In this document: piece after piece, positions 24,285 to 39,600 of the stretch | Numbering within the stretch: position 1 is the stretch's first letter | Layout of the letters: each line of letters begins with the position of its first letter | Source: Octopus bimaculoides | Taxonomy: Eukaryota | Length of the DNA: 64,000 bases | NCBI RefSeq assembly: GCF_001194135.2 | Contig: NC_069008.1 | Location: 10,381,086 to 10,445,085, forward strand | Reading direction: 5' to 3' | Program-made: the position numbers and the translations under genes | Notes under the pieces: generated by a model | The model's database searches: none | What the model was told of the DNA's origin: nothing | Seen by the model: the letters and a program-made list of their open reading frames with translations, nothing else

Positions 24285-27200
24285 GACAGAAACACACACA
24301 CACACACATATATATGCATTTACATATGTATGTATGAGTATATATATAGAGAGAGGTTGGCCAAAACAACGAAAACACATTGTTAAATAGAAGTTTTGTT
24401 ATTTAATACAGAGTTACTCCATGTTTGGCATCAATCACAGCTTTAAAAGATCAAAGAATTGACTTGTACAGGTTCTGAATGGTCTTAGTCTTAGTTTCTC
24501 CTGTTCCTAATGGGATGTTAGATGACAAATTGCTCCCATTGAGTGCAATCTGCTGCAGCCATTTTTACATCAGTCCAGGTCAATTGCAGTCCCCATAAAT
24601 TCTTGCAGAGAATACTTTGCCAGTTTTTGGGTGGATTTCCTCTCCTTTGTTTGCCCCCAACTGGTATCAATGTTAATGCAGTGTGTGACAGCTTGTGTTT
24701 TGGTAGCTGTATTATATGTCCTATGAATTGCAATCTTCATTTCTTGATAATGTCTGATAGCTTGTGTAGCCCTGACCACCAGATGACCTCCTCATTGTGA
24801 TGTAGTCCCTCCATAATATTCTGAAACGGTAGTTAGGACTATTTTGAGTCATTCTTCAAGTAAAATATGCTTTATCACTTTTAGTGATGATGCTGGAAGG
24901 AAGCTACTTCTCACTTGCTGCTCCAAAATGCATCATAAATGTTTCAATTATATTGAGATCCAATAATTGAGGTGGAGAGGCGGGTGGCAATCCAAGTGGT
25001 CTACTTCACTTTTATGCTATTAGTACCAGTTTTGAATAACATTAGCTGTGTGAACCAGTACATTATCATCCCGGCAGATTGCATGACCATCAGGGTCAGA
25101 TGGACATGGTCAGCCAAATACTCAGACAGTCTCTGATGTTAACTTCACCATGTAGATCAACTAAGATATGGCTGCTCACCAAACCACCTCCATGCTTCCT
25201 TGTAGGGACAAAACAGAGAGGGTTGAAGGTCCCATTGGGCTGTCAGCAGATATAAATTCACTCCAGAGTAAGTTAAGGGGTGAACGATTATTCATCAGAG
25301 AAGATGACTTTGTTCCATTTGGCAATTGACCACTTCTGATAGTCTAGACACCATTTTCCCCACTTATCAAAGTTAATAGAGAATAAGAGAGGTTTAATAG
25401 TTGCAACCCTCCCATGTTATTCAGCTTTATGGAGCTTGCAACAAAAGGTTTTGGTTGATAGAGAGTTAGCAACTTGGTAACTTAGCTCTGCTCTTACTGT
25501 TGCTGCTGTATTTCAATTGCTTTTAGACACATTATTAAGTCTCACTATTCTGCAGCTCCTCACTGTGAGATTTGCCTTCCATCGAGAATTATACTTGTCA
25601 GAGCAGCTTTTACAATAGTTTTGGAATTCTAACATGATGTTGGAGTCTGTACCCCTCAAAAACTTAAACGGTTCAACAGTTTTTGTAACTGAAGCACCAA
25701 CCATTTGCATTCCAACAGTTTGTGCTTTTTAGAAATCAGACAGGTCATGCATTTGAACTTATTTAGGGATGTCAACAGCTCCATAAAGAAGTGCTGATCA
25801 CTCAAAGTGGATGGAAAAGGGAGACTCAGGAAGACATGACACAAAGTACAGAAGGATGACCTCAGGACACTGAACCTTAAGGAGATGACAAAGCACCAAG
25901 ATATCTGGTGCCTTGCTGTACTCAAGAAGACCTGTCCTCCACAACAGAAGTGTCAGTGCTGCTCTTCTTGATGAAGAGGATTGACCTGCAAGAGCCCTGT
26001 GTCAGTGCCACATAAAAAGCACACATCTTGGTGCCATGTAAAAGCATTTATGCCACTGCCATGTTAAAAGCACCCACTACACACTGTAAAGTGGTTGGCA
26101 TTAAGAAGGGCATCAAGCCGTAGAATGCAGGTTAAATCAGACTGGAACCTAGTGTAGCTCTCCTGCTTACTAGCTCTGGTCAAACTGTCCAACCCATGCC
26201 AGCATGGAAAACAGATGGCTACATTATGAAGTACAGGGCCTATCAACACATATACAGGCTAGAACATATTGCTGACAGGAAAAAGTTAGTTAAACCCATC
26301 AAACCCCTGTATGTTTGATTGCATGTATGTGTATATATATATGTGTATGCATGAGCCAACATAATAGCCCAACCTACTAAAACTAGCAGTCAATTATACC
26401 TCAAATCATCCCACTAGTGTCTTAAAAAGCTGTGGCATCCCTTGATACACTATATTTGAGGAAAAAAGGGAAGATCATAGTTGGAGTGCCTTTCAACATA
26501 GCTCTGCTATATCAGGGCTAACCTAGGGCTAAAGAACAATATGAACAAAGCAACAAAATGACACGGTGGCTCAATAGATTAAAAATATCAAGATCTTGAA
26601 ATAATAAAGAAAGAAGAAAGAAAGAATGAAAGAAGGAAGGAAATCAGGAAGGAAAAACAACATTGTTATACTTACATTCTCCAAGAATAAAATGAAGAAT
26701 TTGTCAAAGCTTTCTTCTTGGTGTCAGTAACAATTTTCAGGCGGTCAATATACTCTGGGCCAAAATTGTAATAGAATATCATTTGGTTGTGTGTTTCCAG
26801 GTTTTGGATTTGGTTGTCGCCATTAAGTCGAAGAATTCCAAGAGGAGATCTCACAGAAATTCTCAAGAGGTTTTTGCTTTGTTTAGAGACTGCATTGAAG
26901 GTTATTAGTCCTGGTGGACAGGGAGGAAAATATATAGGAAAGAAACAATAAACAAAATATATATGTATATATAAACACAGTCATGGTTCTGTGGTCAAGA
27001 AGTTGGCTTCCTTATCACATAGTTTCAAGTTTGATTCCGCTGCAGAGCACCATCATTGTTATCATTGTCTAACATCCATTTTCCATGCTGGCATGGGTTG
27101 GACAGTTTGACAGGAGCTGTCTAACCGGGAAGCTGTCCAGACTCCAATTGTTGGTTGTGGCATAGTTTCTACAGCTGGATGCCCTTTCAAACATCACCCA

Positions 27201-29168
27201 CTTTACATGCTGGGTACTTTTTATGTGCCACTGGCAAGTAACCCCTGCCATAGCCCTGGGTTGATCAAAGCCTTGGTGCATGGGAAATGAAAGGAGTGAG
27301 TGACTTGGTGACCCTACTAGTACTGGTGTCACAACAGAGCAAGTACATTCTGTAAAGTTTCAGCTTCCTAAATCCTGCCAAAGCAGACTCTGGAGAGCAA
27401 TACAACCCTCAGAGTAGTTGGATCCTGTTGAATCATCCAACCCATACCAGCATGGAGCACAGATGTAAAATGATAATATAAGCTCTCTCTTTATTATATA
27501 TACTAGCTGATATACCTAGTAATTCCCAGAAAAGCAGGGCTTGTCCCCTGGTCCTGTTCTCATAATTGTTTCACTAATACAATAGCAACAATACAAAATA
27601 TGTAACCCTTAAAACAGTTTTTGTGCTTTTACAGAGAATACAGAACTGTCTTACATAGGGTCTCGTTTTTAGGAAATCCCAGTAAGTTATGAATACCAAA
27701 ATCATGAAGTCAGTTATATAATAGCATGCAACTTGGTTACCTGATAGTAACAATTCAAAAAAGTAGCCCCGAAACGGGCTTTATTGCATCCCCAGAGTAT
27801 ATAGAACAGTAAGGTATGTATACCAAAATCGTGAAACATGTTACATAATAACAAGCAAATTGGATATGAGATAATAACAATTCAAAGTAAGTCTGAAAAG
27901 TTCTTCATGCAGTGCCTGTCAATTGGCTGAAGTGACATGAAAGGTATTGTCATTCGTGGTATATTGGTGAATAAGTCACTAACTGAAATAAGTGCTTGGG
28001 AAAATATAATTTACTTAAGAGTTGTTCTGGGTAAAGTGCAAAAATAACTGTAACAATTCAAATACCTTAAAAAGCCATGTAATTTGCGCACCTGCTTAAT
28101 TTACACATCTGTTTAATTTACGCAGGTAATTTTCAGGATAAAATTTGTTACAAAAAGCTTTACATGTAAAATTCTCACCCAAAAGTTTTCAGAATTGCCG
28201 ATATGGCCAGGAAAAAATGGTTTCCAATTTAATTGTATTTAGCATAATTTCACTTAGTTATGTTTAGATTTTATTAAATTTTCATTAAATAAAAATAATT
28301 GCTGTTTAACAGGTATCACATTGAAAGCTATTAAATGACAAAGTGTTTGTGTTGTTTATAATAAGCTTTATTTTACATTTCTTGCTGTATGTCTACTCAA
28401 ATCATAACCATAGGAAAAGTTGTTGATAAGAATTACCAACAAAAACAAAGCTGATAAATATGCACAGGTGTTACAAATTAAGTTTAATTACCAATAAACA
28501 TCAGCTTGGATGACACTTTACTCAACCAACAGAGGAAGGCTACCGATCAAACTGATTATGTAAACAGAATTCTGATTGGTTGAAAGCATCTTCTTGTCTC
28601 AAGTTCCGATTTTCTGCCTATTCTTGTGGGAACTTTTGAAATGGAGTATCAAAATTTTAATCCCTTTCACACTTATAAAATGTCAAGCAAAGTTAAACAT
28701 TTGTAATTACTGTTATTGTCAGTATGGGCAGAACTTATGAATCAGACCATGGCAGTGAACTCCTGAAATGGCCACAGATGTGTTTTGACTTGATTTTGTG
28801 GAATTCTATTATGCTCCTTGGACTTCAACCTACCATGGTTTTCTTGAAACAAAATATTTTGACATCTTTTAAATTGAGGGGAGTAAAAACTTTTTTTAGT
28901 CAATTGATATATTTTTTAAAGTTTTTTAGTTGCCTGACATGCTTTAGAAATTCATTTTGATCATTTAGTTTTAGTTGATTGTATATACCTTTTCTTGATA
29001 GGCCATTCTATATATTTGTATTTTTATGTGTATATATATTTTTTACCTTCTGAGTTTTTATATATGTATTCCTTTTATATGTTGACAGCCATGGTAATAT
29101 TTACATTTGATCAAATATATGGAAGCTTGGTGACTTGACTCGAATTTGATGTTTGTTCTCTAATCAAT

Positions 29169-29203
<35 letters not shown>

Positions 29204-32200
29204 ATGGATTTCTTTCAGTTTCTATCCATGAAATCCACTCACAAAGCTTTGGTTGACCTGAGGCTATAGTAGAAGACACTTGCCCATGGTGCCATGCAGT
29301 GGGACTGAACCTGGAACCATGTGGTTGTGAAGCAACCTTCTTACCACACAGCCATATCTCGGACTTTCAGTCATAATATATATATTTTTATGAGCTGCTA
29401 ATAGTTTCATGCCATAAAAATATCTCAGAGAGCATTTGTGAACACGTCTGGTGCCTTCATGCAATCCTCAAGCTAAAGTTTGCACGAAGGCCCCAGATAT
29501 GTTAAAAAATACTGTCTGCATAAACCTACTAGTAGCTCATAAAAATATATATTGTGTTTCTTAAACAATATGTACTACTCACCATATGGAGTACTTCTTT
29601 TGTTAATCTTACCATCATGGAACAATACACNNNNNNNNNNNNNNNNNNNNNNNNNNNNNNNNNNNNNNNNNNNNNNNNNNNNNNNNNNNNNNNNNNNNNN
29701 NNNNNNNNNNNNNNNNNNNNNNNNNNNNNNNNNNNNNNNNNNNNNNNNNNNNNNNNNNNNNNNNNNNNNNNNNNNNNAGAATTCAATATAAGGAGTTATT
29801 TTGGAAAAGGAGCAACTGACTGGCTTCCGTGCCGGTGGCACGTAAAAAGCACCATTCAAGCGTGATCGTTACCAGCGTCGCCTTACTGGCACTTGTGCTG
29901 GTGGCACATGAAAAAATATTTGAGCAAGTTTGTTGCCAATGCTGCTGGACTGGCTCCTGTGCAGGTGGCACGTAAAAAACACTATTTGAGTGTGGCCATT
30001 GCCAGTACCGCCTGACTGGCCTTCGTGCTGGTGGCACGTAAAAGCAGCCACTACACTCTCGGAGTGGTTGGCGTTAGGAAGGCATCCAGCTGTAGAAACT
30101 CTGCCAGATCAGATTGGAGCCTGGTGTAGCCATCTGGTCCACCAGTCCTCAGTCAAATCATCCAACCCATGCTAGCATGGAAAGCAGACATTAAACGATT
30201 TTGATGATGATGATGATGGAAATAAGAAGTATAAAGGGAAGTAAGAGAATGAAAGTAAAAATAAAAATATATGTAGGATGTTATAGTTGCAGTTCCTTTA
30301 TATGAAGACAGTGGTGTGTAGAAGTGGTAGAAATGCTTCTTGTTCATGGTATGTAAATTTCGGTAGGGGTTCATATTTTGTCATTACAAATGGAAAGTAT
30401 ATATATATATATATATATATATACTGACAAGCATTTTTTACCACCTGCCAAAAGGAAAGGACTATGCACCACCTGCCCCAAAACGGAGGCAAGCAGATGT
30501 AGTGCGTGTTACAAACCAGACTTATCAACATGTTGTTGAAAGGGCAGCAGCTGAACAATAATCATTTTTGTGCATGGCACAACAGATTGTACAGCTGCTG
30601 ACCTGGCTACAATCTCCCAGATGGGACTATCCCCAATACACAAGACCACCACAGCAAATAGACCCAAGGTGGGCACCACTGGCAACAACACACACATCAC
30701 ATCGGTGCTCTTACTGAACACCAAAGGACTGTTAACACTTTGTAACAGGACAAAAATTCCTTTCTTGAGATACCTTGTTACATGCAATCAAGCCTTATGC
30801 ATAGCACTTACGAAAACACACCTGAAACCAGATATAAGAAATGCAGAAATACACATATCACAGTATGTTGTATTATGGACCGACAGAAAAGAAAGGAGTC
30901 ATGTAATCCGTGAAGACCTCACACCTCAGGTCCTTTTGTCACACTCAAATTCAGAGAACTTGATGGAGTTATATGTGCTACATATCGCCCTCCAAAAATA
31001 GAAGAAGTTCTAGTCACATTAGAACAACACATAAGTGTACTTCTTATGGGAGATTTCAAACTGCCCAATATCAGATGGCCCGAGGGGCTTTCTTTCCCAG
31101 GAATGACACAATGCAAACAAGGACAGGTGAAGTCCCTCCTGATTCTCATCAACACTTTGTACATGGAACAAATAGTACTCCAACCAACCAGAGCAGGTAA
31201 CATATTGGATCTCTGCTTCACAAATAATATGAATCTCGTCCATAATCTGAAAGTGATACCAACACTACTCTCAGATCACAACATGGTAGAGCTGACCATG
31301 TATGGACCAAAGGAAACCATGGACATGCAGCCTACAAGAAACTCTCAGAATCTTTCCAGCTTGAACTTCCATACGGCAAACTGAAAACAAATTGAGAAAG
31401 AGATCCTCAAACAAAACTGGCCTAAATGTCTCTTCTCACCGGACATCAACATGAAACTTCAATAATTCATGTCTGTAATGCAAGCCATATGCTACAAATG
31501 TGTCTCGGAGAGAAAGGCCACTGTACACAAGAGCAAAATCCCCAGAGAGAGGAAAATTCTTGAGATGGCGTACAAAAGTTTCAAATCGCCTAACAAACAA
31601 ACTGAAAGCAGTGAAAAGTCCCGCCTGTAAATACAACTGCTGGAGATTGAAAAAAATCTGCAACTGTCTCATGAAAAAGAAAGAGCAGACAAAGAAGCCT
31701 GGGCTATAGACAATATAAAATCTAACCTCAGAGCTTTCTACAAGTTTGCCAAAGAAACAGCTTCAGTGCACTCCAGGATAGGGCCACTCCTCGAAAAAGA
31801 TGGTACACTCACAGGAAACCCAATGAGGATAAGTGAAATATTAAATGAGCAATTCAAAAGTATTTTCACTCCACCCCTAGGGCACTTTCAAATCAGCAAT
31901 CCAACTGACTTTTTTACCACTGCAGATATAAAAACAGAGGCAATGATGATAGATTACATCGATATAAAGGAAGACGATGTAATAAGGGCTATAGATGAAA
32001 TGAACCCAAACTCAGCTACTGGCCCTGATGGATTCCCAGCAATCCTTCTAAAAGTATGTAAGCGAGTCCTAGCAAGACCACTGCAGTCCCTCTTTCAGAG
32101 TTTCCTTGCAACTGGCAAACTTCCAAGAAAACTGAAGGCGGATAAAATATGCCCTATTCCTAAAGGTGGTAGCAGAGCAGAGGTCAAGAACTACAGACCT

Positions 32201-33625
32201 ATCTCTCTGATTGCACATCAGCAAGGTCATGGAACAAATTGTCAGAAGAAAACTAATCATCTTCCTTGAAGAAAATGACTTGCTGCCTGACACCCAACAT
32301 GGTTTCCGACCAGGAAAAAGCTGCCTGACTCAGCTCTTACAACACTATGACTGGGTGCTGAAACAGCTGCTCAACCACTCAAATGTAGAAGTGATATATC
32401 TCGACTTTGCAAAGGCCTTTGATAAAGTCGATCATGGAATGATATGTCACAAACTGCGTGATCATGGCATAGTTGGAAAATTGGGAGAATGGCTTCATGA
32501 CTTTCTGAAGGATAGAAGTCAGGTGGTAGTAGCCAATGGGGCCACCTCCAATGACATGCAAATAGTGAGCGGTGTTCAGCAAGGCACTGTTTTGGGACCA
32601 CTACTGTTCATAATGGCCCTTTCAGACATGCCCTCAGCCACATAGAGAGCCACAATCACAAGTTATGCAGATGATACAAAAATCTCACAGGTAATACAGA
32701 ACCCTGAAGACACTATACACCTGCAATTTGAGCTGGATGAAATATACAAGTGGGCTGAAAAGAATAACATGCAGTTTAATGCTGAAAAGTTTCAAGCCTT
32801 GTGCTATCAACATGCAAAACTAAATGTAATATCCATTAAATACACGGGACCTGGGCATTTACATGAGCAATGATGCATCCTTCCATGTGCATGTTTCTAA
32901 ATTGGCAATGAAATGCAGACAGCTGACCGGATGGATTCTTAGAACTCTTAGAACAAGAGATCAGGAAACTATGATGGTCCTCTGGAGGACACTTGTCCTA
33001 AGCCACTTTGACTATTGCTCTCAGCTATGGTCACCAACCAGTGTCAAATTAATCTCAGAACGTGAGGCAATCCAATGAAGCTACATGAAGAACATTGTCT
33101 CTATGCAGCATACAAGCTACTGGGGAAGACTCAAGAGATTAAGACTCTATTCCATAGAGTGTAGGCGAGAAATATATGTCATAATATACATCTGGAAGAT
33201 CTTGGAAAGACTTGTCCCAAACTTTGGCATCAAGAGTTACACAAATAAAAGAACTGGGCACCACTGCATAGTGCCAAGGACTCCAAATTTGCCATCAAGA
33301 TGTTGGACAAGATACTGCAATAGCCTGGGCTTCTGAGGTCCACAGCTCTTCAATATCCTTACAAAGGACCTGAGAGACCTGCAAGGTGTGGATGTAGGTG
33401 TCTTCAAAATAAGGCTGGACCTCTTACTGTCAAGTGTCCCAGATGAACCAACTTCACGGCAGGAGATGCAGATGAGAGAAGTGACATCAAACTCTCTCAT
33501 GCACCAAATGTCAATTCCTAAAAAGCATTCGTGAAGTAAAATTATGTAGCAACACCAAATGGCGGTGACCCAGCATGACCACAGCTCGTGAGCTGAAACT
33601 AGATCTATAAAAATATAATTATATA

Positions 33626-33689
<64 letters not shown>

Positions 33690-36600
33690 CGCGGAGTGGC
33701 TGTGTGGTAAGAAGCTTGCTTCACAACCACATAGTTCTGGATTCAGTCCCATGCATGGCACCTTGGGCAAGTGTCTTCTACTATAGCCTTGGACTGACCA
33801 AAGCCTTGTGAATGGATTTCATAGATGGAAACTGGAAGAAGCCTATCATATATATATATATATATATATATAAAACTGGCACTCCATCGGTTATGATAAC
33901 ATGGTTCGATCAACTGAACAGCCAGCTTTTGAAATTAATGTACAAGTGGTTGAGCACTACACAAACATGTGTACCCTTCATGTAGTTCTCAGTGAGATTC
34001 AGCATGACACAGAGTGTGACAAGGCCGGCTCTTTGATAGATAAAAACCAATTTTTGCCAGCTGAGTGGACAGGAGCAACGTGAAGTAAAGTCTGTTGCTC
34101 AAGGACAAAATGCATCACTGGGAATTGAACTCTTGACCTTGTGATCATGAGCTGAATAACCTAACCTCTAAGCCACATGCACATACAATCACTCTCTCAC
34201 ACACACATACACACACATTGAAAAGCAATACCTGGTAAGCCTGAAGTTCACACTGAAACCAGTAAGAGCATAATGATGAAAAGATTTGAGAAAGAAACTT
34301 ACCATAAAAGGAAACTAATTTGGAATAAACTTTGTCAAGCTTCACATCAACGAGAAATCTTTTGCCAGGTTCATTGCTAATTCCTGCAGAGAAATCAAGG
34401 ACAGTTTTATGAGGATCTGTGACCTTGAGATATGAAACGTACTTGAACCCTATTTTCTTCCATGGCTGGTCAAGTCCACCTTGCAGTGTGTATATGTCTG
34501 GGCCAATTTTTAGAGTACCCATTATTGAGGTTGCATCAATGACAATGCTTTTGGATACTGGGAATGAAAGACAGAGCATAAAATTGAAAGACAACCACAA
34601 AAATAAATAGAATAAAAAATAAATAAAAATAAACAAAAATAAATAAATAAATAAATATAGATATACTAGCAGAGATTCCCAGCGTTGTCCGTGTTACATG
34701 CAATGGAAGAATTAGACTTTTCTGTTATATTTTCTCTAATGAACTGGAATACCTATGATTCGAATTTCATCNNNNNNNNNNTAATGAACTGGAATACCTA
34801 TGATTCGAATTTCATCAAAATTGCAGATGAAGGTTCTTTCCCTCTTTACACACCGTAAAAAAATTCTAATCATGCCACATATTTTCCATACTACTGATCT
34901 TTATGCGCAAATTCCAAAATTCCAGTCTTATGGAACAGGTTAAAAGGATTTTGCTCCTGAAAAATGGAGGTCATGGAGCTCTAAAATGTGGGTGTTAAGG
35001 CCCCTATTGGGGGTGGGTGTCTTAATGCCAACCAGAGAAGTTGAATTGTTGAGAATCTTTTTGACTTGGGTCTTATAGCTATTGTTTGAATTTCTTTGAA
35101 ATAGGAAATATATGTATGTTCACTGAGTTTGTAAAAGAGAGCAAAGCTACAGGAAACCAAAAAATGAATAATCACAATAAACAGTCAGCTACCCTAGCCT
35201 AGTCGTTACTACTCCCTAATGTAGAATTCCTCACCATACAGGTGACAGGCACAGCTGTAAGATGCATTACGGATCTATAGCAATTGGAAGGGTGTGATCC
35301 AACTGAAATAAACATTAACAACTGTGTGACATGAGGGCTAAGGGGAAATGAAAGTGTCACCTCTGGAGTTTACAACTGACCACTATACAGATAGGTAACT
35401 GGACAGAATAAATTTACAATACAGAATAAATTTACAATACAGAATAAATTTACAATACAGAATAAATTTACAATATAGAATAAATTTACAATACAGAATA
35501 AATTTGCAATACAGAATAAATTTACAATAACCAGTCTTTGAATAACCAGTCACTCATCTGGGTATGCCTTGAAATCAATATTACCACCTGGGGACTATGT
35601 GTAACCCAGTGATGATAAAAAGACTCAAAGGAGGTTTGCAAGGAAATAACTTTACTCAACACTTTGCAACTGAATCAGTGGAGGCAAGGATGCCTTCATT
35701 TACTTGACAATTTATGCACCACATTGCCGAAATCACAATCTAAATATATCTCAAAGCAAACTCTTACACTGTTGTACCATTGAATTACAAATAACGCTCA
35801 TATTTTGTGCTCGGGTGACCCTACAGCTTCCAAGAGTACAACTATATTCGTCTATGCTTAGAAAAAAATGACTACATTGTGGGTGTTAAGTCTGCATGAA
35901 GGGGTCTTTGTAACTTCTAAGAAGATGAAATTTTAGAAATATTACTTCATTTGTGTCTAATATCTATGGTTAAAATTTCATCAACATCAAATATATAGGA
36001 ATTTTCATGGGAGTTATGGCCTTTATGCATAGAATATAATTTCAAAATTTCATAAAGATTCATTCAGTACTTTTGACCTAGTTTTGGATCCATAAAAAAA
36101 TGACTAAAATTTGGGAGTTAAGACCCCACCCCCATTAGGGGGTCTTAGAATCCTCATGAGAAGTGGAAAGTTTGAGAATACATCTTGATGTGTGTCAATT
36201 AGCCATGGTTGAAATTTCATCAACATCGAAAACTTATGAATTTTCATGGGGGTTTTGCCCCCTTTAAGCCATCTCAAATTCAAACCAAACATACTGCATT
36301 ATACCCGCCCTTATGCATTGAATCTAAGTTCCAAATATTATAAAGATCCATTCAGTAATTTTGGTCCATGAAACTTTATGAAACACACAGCATTACCCTT
36401 CTCCCTAGGCTTGGATTTTGTGTTCCAAATTTCATTAGGATCTGTGCAGTAGTTTTTGAATGTATAAGTAACACATGAACTCACATAAAGACATTAACTT
36501 TTATATAATAGATATGAATATACACATATACATACATGTATATGTGTGTATGTGTATTAAATATATATATATATATATCTACACACACAAAAAGATAGAT

Positions 36601-39600
36601 TGATAGATACAATTGAGTGGGCAAAGAAAAATATGAGACACTGCCACATTAACTCCCACATTTTAGAGCTCCATGACCTCCATTTTTCAGGAGCAAAATC
36701 TTTTTAACAGGTTCCTTTTAACAAGACTGAAATTTTGGAATCTGTGCATAAAGATCAGTAGTATGGGATACATGTGTCATGATTACAATTTTTTTACGGT
36801 GTGTAAAGAGGGAAAGAACCCTCAATTGCAATTTTGATGAAATTCAAATCATAGGTATTCCAGTTCATTAGAGAAAATATAACAGAAAAGTCTAATTCTT
36901 CCATTGCATGTAACACGGGCAACGCCTGGTATCTCTGCTAGTATTATAGATAAGTATGTATATATGTATGTATGCCTGTATATATGTGAGATAATAATTT
37001 CACTTTAATAGTTTCAGTATTAAAGTGAAACTATTAAAATGAAAATATCTGACATTACAATAGAGAGATGTTATTGTTTTACTTTTGACACGTAATTCTG
37101 CAATAGTGGAGGGGATGTGATATTGCACTGGGCTCGCACTAGGCATGAAACTAAAATATTTTTGGCCTAAAACACTACATGGACCCTAAGTAAGGCATGT
37201 GTAAAATTTGAATGAAATTGGTTGTGTAGTTCTCAAGTTTTAGGGATTCACACAGACAGACAGACACACAGACACGTTTTCATCTTTATATATATAGATA
37301 TACAAAGGTGCAGGTGTGGTTGTGTAGTAAGTAGCTTGCTACCCAACCACGTGGTTCCAGGTTCACTCCTACTGCATGGCACCTTGGGTAAGTGTCGTCA
37401 TCTATAGCCTCAAACGAACCAAAGCCTTGTGAGTGCATTTGGTAAATGGAAACTGAAAGAAGCCTATTGTATATATACATATATATATACATATATGTAT
37501 AGATACATACATAAAAATGATGGTGTAGTGTATGCAGGCTGAAGGCTATTGTTTGTTTATGAATTCTGCCAAATGCGAGTTTTCTTTTCAGGTACATGAT
37601 ACTGCTGTCCCTCATCCCAGTGTCTCACAGGCCCACACCTCCCACACCATAAGAGTTGGCACACTCAACGTCGGCACACTGAAAGGTAGATCTGGTGAGA
37701 TTGTTGAGATGCTTGAACGGAGATGTGTAGATTTGTGCTGCATCCAAGAAGTAAGATGGTGAGGAGGTTCCGCTAGGTTCATCACAGGCAAAGAACACAG
37801 GTACAAGATTTTCTGAGCAAGGAACACTGATGGGGTCGGGGGCGTGGGTATACTTCTTGCAGAGAAATGGGTTGATAAGGTAAGCGAAGTAGTCAGAGTA
37901 TGTGACAGAATACTTAACATTAGATTAGTGCGTTATCATAGGTTAGCAATCATTATCTTGGCCTATGCCACTCAACCGAGGCTACCTGATGGGCAGAAAG
38001 ACTGATTTTATGACACCCTCTTGCAGACTACCTCGTTGATGAATGACAGAGACCTTCTCTTTGTGGCTGGTGACTTCAATGGACATGTTGGACAACATGC
38101 AAGGAGCTTCAAAAGTGTACATAGAGGCTATGGCTTTGGTTCCCGCATTGAGGAGGGAACCAGACTGCTGGAGATCTGCGATGCAAATGATCTTATGGTT
38201 TGCAATACCAACTTCAGGAAACCTGCCAGTCACTTAGTCGCCTACTATAATGGCAGACACACTGGCCAAATTGACTACATCCTCGCCAGAAAAAGGGAAA
38301 TAAGGCTGCTTATTAATGCCAAAACCTTCCCAGGTGAAGAATGTACCCCTCAGCAGGAGACTAGTAGTTTTCTCTTTATTATTGGCATAAAGCTATTTCA
38401 ACATAGATTAGTAGTTAGCGACTTCAGGAACAGGGCTAAATGGATGCCCAGAAGACGACCAGCATGGAGGAGAAGGGTCTGGAAGCTTAAAGATCCTGCA
38501 AATGGACAGAGATTTAGAGACGTTTTACTTGAAGCCTTTGATGTGGAAGACAACTGATGTGGAAGACAACTGGAGGTTTCTACGGGACAACCTGCTGAGA
38601 GCCACTGACCAGATCTGTGGATGGTGCAAAGTGCCCTCTTGACCCAAGGTAACGTGGTGGTGGAACAATGTGGTTGACAGGGCTATTAGACAAAAGAAAC
38701 AAGCTTGGAAGGACTGGAAGAACGGTGGTAGCAGGGAATTGTATCAGACTGCCAGAAGGAAAGTTAGGACAGAGGGGAAGCAGATAAGAAAACATTCGCC
38801 AATGTTCTGCGCTATGAGGACCAAAGGCTTGGAAAGTCTACCGAATGTCGACCCAACAGTGGTAGATAAAGCAATTAAGAGTATGAAGACAGGGAAAGCA
38901 CCCGGTCCATCAGGAATCACTGCAGAGATGCTCAAAATATCTGGTGGTGTCGGCTATAGCCTAGTCACCCGTATTGTTAACCAGGTGATACATGAAGGAG
39001 TCATACCCAATGACTGGTGTAGCAGCACCATAGTCAACTGCTACAAAGGTAAAGGTGATGCTTTAGGTACAAATAATTACAGAGGTATCAAGTTGTTGGA
39101 TCAGGTAATTAAGGTCATGGAGAGGGTCATAGCCCAACTAATTAGGGAGAGAGTCAGTTTTGATGAGATGCAGTTTGGGTTTGTGCCAAGGAAATGCACC
39201 ACTGATGCTATCTTTCTAGTAAGACAGTTGTAGGAGAAATACCTAGCCAAAGATAAACCTCTGTACCTGGCTTTTGCTGACATGAGGAAAGCCTTTGACA
39301 AGGTCCCCCAATCCCTTTTCTGGTGGTCAATGAGAAAACTAGGGATAGATGAATGGTTAGTGAGAGCTGTGCGAGCCATGTACAGAGACGCTGTCAGTAA
39401 GGTGAGGGTTGGCAACGAGTACAGTGAAGAATTCCGGGTAGAAGTAGGGGTCCACCAAGGTTCAGTCCTCAGCCCCCTCCTATTTATCATAGTCCTCCAG
39501 GCAATAACAGAGGAATTCAAGACAGGATGCCCCTGGGAGCTCCTCTATGCTGATGACCTTGCTCTAATTGCTGAGTCACTATCAGAACTAGAGAAGAAGT

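Noticed and set aside
28740-28790. Possible hammerhead relic (ggcagtgaactcctgaaatggcc)
   Set aside because: No CUGANGA core remains and the stems are broken.
29815-30050. Repeat-spacer-like array with palindromic units, resembling CRISPR
   Set aside because: The whole unit repeats with no unique spacers, it is contiguous with an RTE 3' end, and the context is eukaryotic with no cas genes.
34737-34816. Short direct duplications either side of 10-N gaps (also 54598-54680 and near 44430)
   Set aside because: This is typical scaffolding overlap, not biology.
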